A stretch of 64,000 bases of DNA, taken from assembly GCA_030390025.1 (NCBI GenBank), contig CM059427.1, positions 200,942,001-201,006,000 on the forward strand, given 5' to 3'. Under the pieces are notes generated by a model that ran no database searches, had not been told where the DNA came from, and saw only the letters and a program-made list of their open reading frames with translations. This document shows, piece after piece, positions 36,253 through 48,300 of this stretch. A program made the position numbers and the translations under genes. The stretch's first letter is position 1; every line of letters begins with the position of its first letter. Source of the stretch: Squalus acanthias (lineage: Eukaryota).

Positions 36253-36347
36253 ATGTCGACTGAGCAGAATGCTTTGCTGAATAACTCTCAGCAAGATATC
36301 ACCAGCAATTCCAATGTGGAAACCAGGAGCATTGCTACAGGGCAGAG
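36253..36347 (+). CDS. CD74: CD74 exon 1 coding part: [31 protein letters not shown](S)
   Basis: ATG with A at -3, in-frame upstream TGA at 36235-36237, [DE]xxxLL sorting motif EQNALL, phase-2 donor AG|gtaaaa matching the phase-2 acceptor of exon 2. Confidence 0.9.
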
Positions 36348-39300
36348 GTAAAACATTTATTTTTTAATTCGTTGGGGGAATTGTTGAAATTCTGGTGAGG
36401 GAACGGAGACACATACCTTTCGAGCCTAATGTTTGAATAATCGAACTTTGGCTGGTGTAGTTGGTTATAACATAGGACTCTGCGAGACCCCTGAAGATGT
36501 TACAGGGTGGCTTCTTACCTGCAGCGTCTTGCCATGAATTAGCTTCTTTTTTTAAAAAAAACTCGTTTTCAGGATCTGGGCCTCGCTGGTAAAGTCTGCA
36601 TTTATTACCAATCCCCAGTCGCCCCTTGAGAAGGGGGTGGTGAGCCGCCTTCTTGACCCGCTGCAGTCCGTGTGGTGAAGGTGCTCCCACAGTGCTGTTA
36701 GGGAGGGAGGTTAAGGACTTTGACCCAGCGACAGTGAAGGAACAACAGCCTGTATTTATATAGCGCCTTTAACATAGTAAAACGTCCCAAGGCGCTGCAC
36801 AGGAGTATTTTAAGACAAAAAATTTGACACCGAGCCACATAAGGAGAAATTAGGGCAGGTGACCAAAAGCTTGGTCAAAGAGGTAGGTTTTAAGGAGCAT
36901 CTTAAAGGAGGAAAGAGAGGTAGCGAGGCGGAGAGGTTTAGGCAGGGAATTCCAGAGCTTAGGGCCCAGGCAACAGAAGGCACGGCCGCCAATGGTTGAG
37001 CGATATATGTCTTGTCGGGATCGTGCGCTTGACTCGGAGGGTTAATGCACTAAAAACGTCTGCCCTCTCAGGTGGACGGAAAGATCCCATGGCTCTATTT
37101 CGAAGAAGAGCAGGGGGAGTTAGTTCTCCCCAGAGTCCAGGTCAATATTTATCCCTCAACCAACATCACCAAAAAAAACACAAGTTTATCTGATCATTAT
37201 CACATTGCTGTGGGCAAATTGCCACCGTTCTTACATTACAACAGCGACCACACTTGAAAAGTACTTCATTGGCTGTGAAGCGCTTTGGGACGTCCTGAGG
37301 TGGTGAAAGGCGCTGTAGAAATGCGAGTTCTTTCTTTTCTCTGTCACCTTTAATTCTTGGCTCTTCGCGCCATGGGGTATGAGGAATCATTGAAGTTATC
37401 ACATTGCGCCGGGCTCGGGGAACAAAAGGCAGTTCGCTAACTTTCCAGCGATGGTTCAGCGGCCCCGCACAATCCGTAACTCAATCCGCTCGCTGCGTTT
37501 AAAGTCAAAAGACGGAATGTGGCAGCAGGTCGGTCAGAATCTCAAAAGTGAAAGGTTGACGTTTTGGGCGGGATCGGAGCTCAGATTCATGTTCATTTTA
37601 AAAAAAAACCGAGGCAGTTGCTGCGCAACTTTTTTGTTTTAAGTATTGAAGTTCTTTAAGAGTCCGCCTCTCTATCTTCAGATCTTTCTCTGTTCCCTCA
37701 GGCTGCAGCTCGATCCTCTCCCTTTGTACAACATCAGACCGGGGCTGTAGAAAATACAGATCCTAAACCTGGTGCTGCTCTGCCCGTCAATTGAAGTCAA
37801 TGAGGGGCTGCTGATTTAATTCTAATTGGTTTAGCCAGGCTGGGGGGAGCTCATTTGTACATGACAGCTTTTAAAAATTAATAAATACAAATGGTCTCAG
37901 GGAGCTGAGGCGGATCCTCATTTCCTCACAATCACTCCCTTCCTCTTGACTCCCAGGTGGGCATTTTTCGTTTGCGACCTCGGTCAGCGAGTGTCGATGT
38001 GCAAGGGGCGTTGCAAGCAAATTCAGTGCTGCACTCACCTCACACAGACACAGATGCAGACACAGGCGCAGACACAGACACAGATGCAGACACAGGCGCA
38101 GACACAGACACAGATGCAGACACACGCACACGCAGACACGCTCACATGCGTGCACACAGACACAAAACACACGGACTGTGCAGTGCGGGCGTTCACTGGA
38201 CATTGGCCAGGAGCTTTAGTTTAATTCAATTCTACTCCCCCACCCCAGGGACTTGCTGGGCTTTCTTTGTATCCTTCGGGTCTGAGAAGCTTTCAGTCGA
38301 GCCTAAGAAAAAGCATTTTGAATCTGAATCCAGGCACGAGCCGTGTTGTTCTAGATTCGTCCAGTTTGGACGAGTGCAGATGTTTTTAACAATTTTTTTT
38401 TTTGCAGGACTTACAAATATTTGAATTTCTGGTTGGATCTCGGTACATTTAGTTTCCATTGTCCTATAGACGCGATTTACATTGAAGTATTATATCATTG
38501 CGGGTTTTGAGTTTGGTTGGATTGCCTTGTATATTGGGAGAGGGTCAAGACTTACGATCCTGGGTTAGTGGGTAAGGTTTGGGAGGGTGGGAGTTTGATC
38601 TGTAGGCACGAGTGCATCGGGTCTACCTTATATCAGCTTTGGTTGGTATTGAAGGTGGAGTGGGGTGCGATTGGCACCTCACCTCTTCCCAGAAGAATGA
38701 GAGGTGATCTCATTGAAATGTATAAAATTCTGAAGGGGCTTGCCAGGGTAGATGCTGGGAGGCTGTTTCCCCTGGTTGCGGAGTCTAGAACTAGGAGGCA
38801 CAGTCTCAGGATAAGGGGTTGGCCATTTAGGACTGAGATGAGGAGGAATTTCTTCACTCAGAGGGTGGTGAATCTTTGTAATTCTCTACCCCAGTGGGCT
38901 GTGGAGGCTCAGTCATTGAGTAGATTCAAGACTGAGATCGATAGATTTTTGGATACTAAGGGAACCAAGGGATATGGGATAGTGCGGAAAGGTGGAGTTG
39001 CGGTCGAAGATCAGCCATGATCTCATTGAATGGCGGAGCAGGCTCGAAGGGCCAAATGGCCGACTCCTGCTCCTATTTCTTATGCTCTTAGAAACTCTCT
39101 CCCCAGGACTCTGGTTAATACCAGGTTAAAATAAAACCAGAGACTCGGCTATTAACTAGGATGAAGTCATCAAAACTGGGAAGGGCTAATGGGCGCACAG
39201 TCTTACTAACCTGTAGTGAGATTGCTCTCAAACAAAATGGCCACCCTTCTATTGGCACAACGTTCTTCGAGATACCTTATGAAAATCACTACACGGTCTT

Positions 39301-42300
39301 GTTCTTTACCCCTATTCTTTCGCCCTTTCACCTTTCATTGTACAATAAGTAGAGATCGTTATGTTCTCAGATTTTAATTATGGTGTTAAGCCCCTTCGTA
39401 AATTCCCTTGCAAGTACACAGCATCCAGAACCAGCAACAAGAGCACTAACTACGGGGAAAGAGCAGGGAGGTGTGGGACTAAATTGGACAGCCCTTTCAA
39501 AGAGCCGGCACAGGCACGAGGGGCCGAATGATGCTCCTGTAACCAGTTTGAGTATTTCATTCAATCTTTTCTTATTAACTCACAGCGGGGTAAATTCTGG
39601 ATTCCCTCCCCCAACGGGCGGTAATCTGGATCAACGAATCGCACCCCTCCACGTTAAAGAACCCGCCCGGTTTTAATTCCCGTTGATTTTAATGGAAGGA
39701 ACTTGGACAGGTTCTATAATGGGTGAGCGATCGACTTTGCAGATTACTGCCCATTGCGGGGGAAATCCAAAATCTAACCCATTGAATCACAAAGCCCGTC
39801 CTGTCTGATCTGTTACCCAGGACAACTCATCGCTTTTAACATAATTTTCTTACCCTCACTTCATTTCACGGACTGCTCCTGATGGTCTTCCTCAACTAAA
39901 TACGGCAGGACTAGAAGACCAACAAATTAACTGGCCATTGGCGTCTTTTGAAGGTTACTGGCACAAAATGGCTGCCGCCTACATAACAACAGTCACTGCA
40001 CTCCGCAATTCAGGCTGTGAAACACTTGTGAGCCATTTTGGCATGATAAAACACGATGTGAATGCAATTGTTAAAACTCGTTCTTGGGATGTGGGTAATG
40101 CCAGCAAGACCAGCATTTACGAAAGAAAGAAAGAAAAAAAAGACAGACAGAAAGACAGACAGACATTTCTACAGCGCCTTTCACAATCTCAGGACGTCTC
40201 AAAGCGCTTTACAGCCAATTAAGTACTTTCTGAAGTGTGGTCAATGTTGTAATGTGGGAAACGCGGCAGCATATTTGCGCACAGCAAGCTCCCACAAACA
40301 GCAATGATATAAATGACCAGAAAATCTGCTTTAGTGATGTTGGTTGAGGGATAAATATTGGCCCCAGGACATCAGAACTCCCCCTGCTCTTCTTCGAAAT
40401 AGTGGCCGTGGGATCTTTTACGTCCACCCGAGAGAGCAGACGGGGCCTCGGTTTAACGTCTCATCCCTCACTGGGAGTGGTCAGCCTGGATTTTTGTGCT
40501 CAAGTCACTGGAGTGGGACTTGAACCCACAACCTTCTGACTCAGTGGGAGAGTGCTGCCCACAGAGCAAAGGAACGGGAAGGGGTTTCTTACAAGGACTA
40601 GATGTCCCTTGAATTACTTTAGTTATTATTTGGTATACAGACCAGTGGCAGTTTCTAGAAGTCCTAACTGCCAGTTGTGATAGTTTTGCTTTCAGAAAGC
40701 CGGGGATTTCCATGTTATGGTCCAATTTTTAATAACATCCTTAATTAAATAAAAATGAGTCATTAGCACAATCCTCAATCGAGAAAGTCCCCCGTACGAA
40801 TCAAGGTAGCTCCCTGAACATACCACAGTCCCTTGGCCCCTTGTTGGCGGATTGACCATTAGCCCCTTGTTGGCGGATTGACCATTAGCCCCTTGTTGGC
40901 GGATTGACCATTAGCCCCTTGTTGGCGGATTGACCATTGGCCCCTTGTTGGCAGATTGACCATTGCCCCCTTGTTGGCGGATTGACCATTGGCCCCTTGT
41001 TGGCAGATTGACCATTGCCCCCTTGTTGGCGGATTGACCATTGCCCCCTTGTTGGCAGATTGACCATTGGCCCCTTGTTGGCGGATTGACCATTAGCCCC
41101 TTGTTGGCGGATTGACCATTAGCCCCTTGTTGGCGGATTGACCATTGGCCCCTTGTTGGCAGATTGACCATTGCCCCCTTGTTGGCGGATTGACCATTGG
41201 CCCCTTGTTGGCAGATTGACCATTGCCCCCTTGTTGGCGGATTGACCATTGCCCCCTTGTTGGCAGATTGACCATTGGCCCCTTGTTGGCAGATTGAACA
41301 TTGGCCCCTTGTTGGCGGATTGACCATTGGCCCCTTGTTGGCGGATTGACCATTGGCCCCTTGTTGGCAGATTGACCATTGGCCCCTTGTTGGCAGATTG
41401 ACCATTGGCCCCTTGTTGGCAGATTGACCATTGGCCCCTTGTTGGCGGATTGACCATTGCCCCCTTGTTGGCGGATTGACCATTGGCCCCTTGTTGGCAG
41501 ATTGACCATTGGCCCCTTGTTGGCGGATTGACCATTGGGCCCTTGTTGGCGGATTGACCATTGCCCCCTTGTTGGCGGATTGACCATTGGCCCCTTGTTG
41601 GTGGATTGACCATTGGCCCCTTGTTGGCGGATTGACCATTGGCCCCTTGTTGGCGGATTGACCATTGGCCCCTTGTTGGTGGATTGACCATTGGCCCCTT
41701 GTTGGCGGATTGACCATTGCCCCCTTGTTGGTGGATTGACCATTGGCCCCTTCTTGGTGGATTGACCATTGACCCCTGATAGCACTAGCTGAGTGGGGAA
41801 ATCCCTGGGGCATTCCTGGTCCTGTACAACTCAGTTCCACAATTGGCCGCGTTGAACCAGATTTAAATTTTTTGTAATATATCACCAAGTCCGATCATTA
41901 ATCTGCAAAGACCTGGATTCTGGAAACACGATGTAAATCGGTCAAATTCGTGGATGATTCACAGGACTGGGCCGGGCCTGTTGCAGTCCGATGAAACGGG
42001 TGCGGAATTATCGAACTGGACAACATCGGCCTTATTTGACAGAATGAATTCAATAAAGGTGCAAGGTCTTTTACATTGGGAGAAAGAAAGGGGAAGCTGC
42101 CGTCACTGATTGAATGGTGACCGACTAGCCTGGGGAGAGGCTGAAAGAGAGCTGGCGATGCAGGGTAGAGCAGCATTCAGCAAAAGCAGAGAGCTGAGCT
42201 ACATTGCAGGATCAGTAGAGCATGAATCTGAGTCTGTCACGCTGAAACAGTTTCGTGCTGTGAGTCAGGCACACGGACAAACAGTCCTGGAAACGCTGCG

Positions 42301-45300
42301 GAGAACGGCCAATTGGCCGGTCCCTAGTGTTAGCTGATTGAGTTATAAAGAAAGGTTAGAGTAGAGGGAAAACAAGAGGGGCCCTTGGTAGGGTTGCCAA
42401 AGCTCCAGGATTGTCCTGGAGTCTCCGGGAGTTAAGGATTAATTGTCAGCCGTGGCTCAGTGGGCAGCACTCTCGCCTCTGAGTCAGAAGGTTGTGGGTT
42501 CAAGTCCCACTCCAGGGACTTGGGCACAAAAATATAGGCGGGTACTCCAGTGCAGTGCTGAGGGAGCGCTGCACTGTCGGAGGTGCCGTCTTTCGGATGA
42601 GATGTTAAACCCACGGCCCCATCTGCTCTCTCAGGTGGACGTAAAAGATCCCATGGCCACTATTTCGAAGAAGAGCAGGGGAGATATCCATGGTGTCCTG
42701 GGGCCAATATTTATCCCTCCATCAACATCACTAAAACAGATGATCTGGTCATTTATCACATTGCTGTTTGTGGGAGCTTGCTGTGCGCAAATTGGCTGCC
42801 GCGTTTCCTACATTACAACAGTGACCACACTTCAAAAAGTACTTCATTGGCTGTTAAGAGCTTTGGGACGTCCTGAAGTTGTGAAAGGCGCTATAGAAAT
42901 GCAAGTTCTTTTTTCCCCCCAGAACACTGCTGGGAGCGACTCAAAAAAAATAATAATTTTGTTTCAGCACTTTTGTTTATCAGTTATAAAAATGTTGGAG
43001 ATGGGGGTGGCGGGTGGGGGGTAGGGGGCGGCGGTGGGTGGGGGGAGGGAGGGGTAAGGGTGGGGGGGAGACGGGGGCGGGGGGAGATGGGGGCAGGGGG
43101 AGGGCGGCAGGTGGGGGAAGTGGGAGTGGGGCGGCAGGTGGAGGAGGGGGAGTGGGGGGAAGGGGCGGCAGGTGGGGGGGGGAAGTGGAGTGTGGGGAGG
43201 GGGGGTCGGCTTGTGGGGGGAGGGGAGGTGGGGTGGTGGGGGGGGAGGGGTGAAGGTTGTTTGACCGACAGTCAAGGATCATCCATTCGGGTAATGAAGA
43301 GTCCGTTGACTTTCCAATTGGCCGTGGGGAGGCGGGCGCCATGAGGACGGATATGTTGGGCGACCAATGGACGGATATGTTGGGCGACCAATGGCGGTAG
43401 AGCGTGGGGAGGCGAGAGCAGTTGGAGTGGAGAAGGTCATTTGATGAAACCTCCTGGAAGAGAGCCAGCTAGAGCTTGGCAACCCCTTGGACCTTAAAAT
43501 TTTAAAGGGAGTTGAATGGGTTCTTGAGGATGAGGAACTGACAGGGTTACGGACAAAAAGCGGGGATGTGGGACTGAGCACGACTGCTCTTTCAAAGAGC
43601 CAGCACAGGCGCGACGGGCCGAATGGCCTCCTCCTGTGCTGTAAGTATCTGTGAGTCTATCTATGATTGAGCGTTACGGAATTCCTCCAACTTACTTGTC
43701 TGGTCTATATTTCAGCAGCAACAAGTGCTCTCGGACCCTTATTTGGACTGGCGTGTCCGTGCTGGCCGCCATATTGATTGCCGGGCAAGTTGCCAGTGTC
43801 ATGTTCTTGCTGAAACAGCAGGACAAGATAACGGCGCTGCAGAAGACCACAAATAGGATCGAAGACAGATATCGCAGCCCAGCCAGTACGTATCTCCGCT
43901 TTCCTTCTGATTTTCTTTTTAATTGAACCGTTTTGGTAAAGTCCCAAATAAATCTGAGGCCACTCGAAGCGGAGCGATAGTAAATAGATCGCAGAGCAAA
44001 CAGTCCTCGCGACAGTAACCTGAGTCAAAGCCAAGCTCAAACCAGTCTCTGAAACAACAAAGATTCCCGAGTCTGATAAAAATATCTCTCCAGGCAATTC
44101 CATTGGCAGCTTCCAGTTATGGCGCGTACAGTGACGTGGAGAGACTGGAGAAGCTGGGGTTGTTCTCCTTAGAGCAGAGAAGGCTAAGAGGAGATTTGAT
44201 CGAGGTGTTTTAAAATCATGAAGGGTTTAGACAAGAGTAAATAAAGAGAAACTGTTTCCATTGGCTGAAGGGTCAAGAACCAGAGGGCACAGATTCAAGG
44301 TGATTGGCAAAAGAACCAGAGGCGACACGAGGAAAAATCTTTTTATGTAACGAGTGGTTAGGATTTAGAATGCATTTCCTGATAGGGTGGTGGATACAGA
44401 TTCAATAGTAGCCTTCAAAAGGGAATTGGATAAATACTTGAAGGAGAAAAAAATTGCAGGGATATGAGGAAAGAGCAGGGGAGTGGGACTTTTTTAAAAA
44501 TTCGTTCCTGGGATGTGGGCGTCGCTGGCAAGGCCAGCATTTATTGCCCATCCCTAGTTGCCCTTGAGATGGGCAATAAATGCCGGCCTTGCCAGCGACG
44601 CCCACATCCCATGAACGAATAATAAAAAAAATAAATTCCCACTCCCTGGACTAACTGGATTGCTCTTCGAAAGAGCCAGCGCAGACTCGATGGGCCGAAT
44701 GGCCTCCTTCTGTGCTGCACTAGTCCATGATTCTGTGAGATGGACTAAAAAATATTTCATTGCATTTTATTTCTTCAGGACCTAAACCTATGATGCACCT
44801 GAGGCCTATGATGATGGACATGCCCATTGCCTACATTGATCCAAAGATGCATCAACCAAAGGTAATCTTCAGCTGAGAAAGTAGAGAAAGAACCTGCACT
44901 TGCATAAATGAATGAATGAATGAAAAAAAACTCAACCAGCACTACCCAAAGACAGATTAAGCCGCTGGTCATCTCGTTCACTGATTGCTGGATTTTGCTG
45001 TGCGTAAAATTGGCTGTTGAATTTGGCCTACTTAACAAGAGTGACTGATCTTCAAAAGTAACTCATTGCGTATGCAGATGTCCTGAGGGTGAGATAAAGC
45101 ATTACTTAAATACAAGAGTCCCAAAATTGGGCTGCTGTTCCAACGAACTCTTGCTCTAAGTCCTGGTGGGAACTTGGTGGAGTCAAAGCAACTGGGCACC
45201 AGCGTAGCCGGGGTGGGGGTGGGGGTTGGGGGGGGGGGCTAGGGGGCCAGTGGCGGAGCCAGTGGAGGGAGAGGTCCTCACTTTGAGGTCGGCCAATGCG

Positions 45301-48300
45301 GCTTTGGAGGACTTCCTCCTCTGTCTTCGAGCTCCGAGTCCAGCCTGCGGGTCTGTGCAGTTTCCCGGCTCCGCTTTCGGACTAGGGTCAGTCGGCATTC
45401 TCCGCCCACCGCCCCCCCCCCCCCCCCCCCCCAATTCCCAACTTGGTCCCCCCTCCCTGCCAAGTCGTCCAAATGTCACGTAAGACTCCCCTCCCTCCCC
45501 CGCACTTGTTCAAGTCAGGCTCCGCCACTGGTAAGGGGGCGTACCCTCAGTCAAGAGTTCAAACCCTCGGCTGGGACTCTGCATGATTGGTGCAGTAACG
45601 CCTGGTATTGGCAGACATGCATGTGGGATCCCAGCAGGAGTGGGACCTGGACCCCCATCGACCGGGGTGGAGGGGAAGTTTGCGGGATATTCGAAATGGC
45701 CCCATTATTTGCTGGGATCATAGTGCCACAAATCTTCCAGACAACAGCCTTTCTCACTGTACAAAGTTCTCCAAATATGGCCTGCAACAAAATCTCCCCG
45801 TTAAAATACTGACTGAGGAGTGGGAGGAACCGACTGACTGGTTTTTCGGTTTAGGTCAGAGCATCTCATTTCACCAATTTGGGACTTTCCCACCCATTTT
45901 CGGTTAATCTTGTTTAGTGTGTATTTTGGGATGGCTGTACTAGGGTTTCAGCTCATGACCACCCGCACACTTAATCAATAGATGGAACGAACTTACATTT
46001 ACACATCACGTTAGCTAAGGCTTAAACGGAGAACTCCCCGCCCTCCACCCCCGCTCTTCTTCGAAATAGTGGCCGTGGGATCTTTTACGTCCACCTGAGA
46101 GAGCAGACGGGGGCCTTGGTTTAATGTCTGATCTGAAAGACGGCACCTCCGACAGTGCGGCGCTCCCTCAGCGCTGCACTGGGAGTGCCAGCCTAGATTT
46201 TACGTTTGAGTTTCTGGAGTGGGACTCGCACCCACAACCTTCGGACTCCTGAGGTGAGAGAGGTACCCACTGAGAAAATGTTTCCTTCCTGAGGTGTGGT
46301 GCCCAGAACTGAAGGCGATATTCCAGACGGGATCTGACCAAGACGGTGCGATGAATCTTTGATTTGAGAACGCTTTAAGAAAGAAAGACTTGCATTTCTA
46401 TAGCGCCTTTCACGACCACCGGACGTCTCAAAGCGCTTTACAGCCAATGAAGTACCTTTTGAAGTGGAGTCACTGTTGTAATGTGGGAAACTATATTTAT
46501 TACTATAACCCGTAAAGAAATGTCATTTGTTTTTTGATTGTTATCTCACAGGCCCCGGAACCAAAACCCATGACTCTGCTGGAACAAGTGCAGGAACTGC
46601 TGAAGGTAATGTTGGAGGGAAATTTTCAAAGCTAATGTCGAATTATAGAATGATACAGCGCAGTTGGAGGCCATTCGGCCCATCGAGCCTGTGCCAGCTC
46701 TTTGAAAGAGCTCTCCAATTAGTCCCACTCCCTCCGCTCTTTCCCCATAGCTCTGCGAATTTTTCCTTTTCAAGTATTTATCCAATTCCTTTTTGAAAGT
46801 TACGATTGAATCTGCTTCCACCGCCTTTTCAGGCAGCGCGTTCCAGATCACAACAACTCGCTGTGCAAGAAAATGTCTCCTCATCTCCCCCTCTGATTCT
46901 TTTGCCAATTATCTTAAATCTGTGTCCTCTGGTTACCAACCCTCCTGCCACTGGAAACAGTTTCTCCCTCTCTACTCTATCAAATCCCATATAATTTTGA
47001 ACAACTCTATTAAATCTCCCCTTAACCTTGTCTGCTCCAAGGAGAACAATCCCAGCTTCTCCAGTCTCTCCACATAACTGAAGTCCCTCATCCCTGGTAC
47101 CATTCTAGTAAATCTCCTCTGCACCCTCTCCAAGGCCTTGACATCCTTCCTAAAGTGCGGTGCCCGTAATTGAACACAATACTCCAGCTGAGGCCTAACC
47201 AGTGATTTATAAAGCTTTATAAAAGTGATTTAATAAGGGAAAATTTGCAGGGCTGAATGGTTCTATAGCAATAACCTACTTTCATATCACGACATAAACG
47301 TAGAAAAATGCCCCAAGGTATTGAAGGCTTTGACCCTTCGCCCAAGTTTCTCAACTATGAGAGAAAAAAAGCACTCGATGGACTCTAAGAAAGTCTGAAT
47401 GTGGCAGGAGGTTTAACATAATTGAGCTATGGTGTGACTACACCTTTGGAAGAATGGTTGGTCGACCATGACATTTTCTTTTCCTTTCAATGGCAGAAAG
47501 AGAACGCAACCAAGGAGATTCCAGAATTCAACAACACCTTCTCCGCCAACCTCAACCTGCTGAAAGAGAGCCTGAAGGAAGCCGATTGGAAGGTTAGTGT
47601 TGTTTGATGCTTCGTTACGGAGAATTACATCGAGTCTACAGCACAGAAACTGGCCATTTGGCCAACTGGTCCGTGCCGGTGTTTCTGCTCCACACGAGCC
47701 TCCTCCCACCCCTCTTCATCTCACCCTAGCAGAATAGCCTTTCTATTCCTTTCTCCCTCATGTGTTTATCCAGCTTCCTCTTAAATGCATCTGTACTATT
47801 TTCACCTCAACCACTCCCTGTGGTAGCGAGTTCCACATTCTCACCACTCTCTGGGTAAAGAAGTTTCTCCTGAATTCCTTACTGGATTTATTAGTGACTA
47901 TCTTATATGGATGGCCCCTAGTTTTGGATCCCCCCCCTCCACAACATAGGAATTGGAGTGGGCCATTCAGCCCCTCGAGCCTGTTCCGCCATTCAATGAG
48001 ATCATGGTTGATCTCCACTAACTTGCACTGATTTCAACTGAACGTCGGAAAAGCCGAATATCTCGCCACAGAAATCGTGAGATCTTTGTGGGAAACTTAC
48101 TTCGGGGTTTGCAGCAAACACCTTTGCTCCACCGCTGACTGCAAATTTCGGGCCATTACTGAGGAACCTCTTACCATTCAGAGGTCTGAGCTTGATATGG
48201 AAGGTGCCTCAATATTAACAAGTAGAATAAATTTAATTCTCCAGCTTAAAGTAAGCCCTTTCCAAATATTTTTTAAATGGTGAGAAACTTTCAAATGTTG

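Noticed and set aside
40911-41888. 325-aa repetitive ORF
   Set aside because: 26-bp minisatellite read-through in intron 1.
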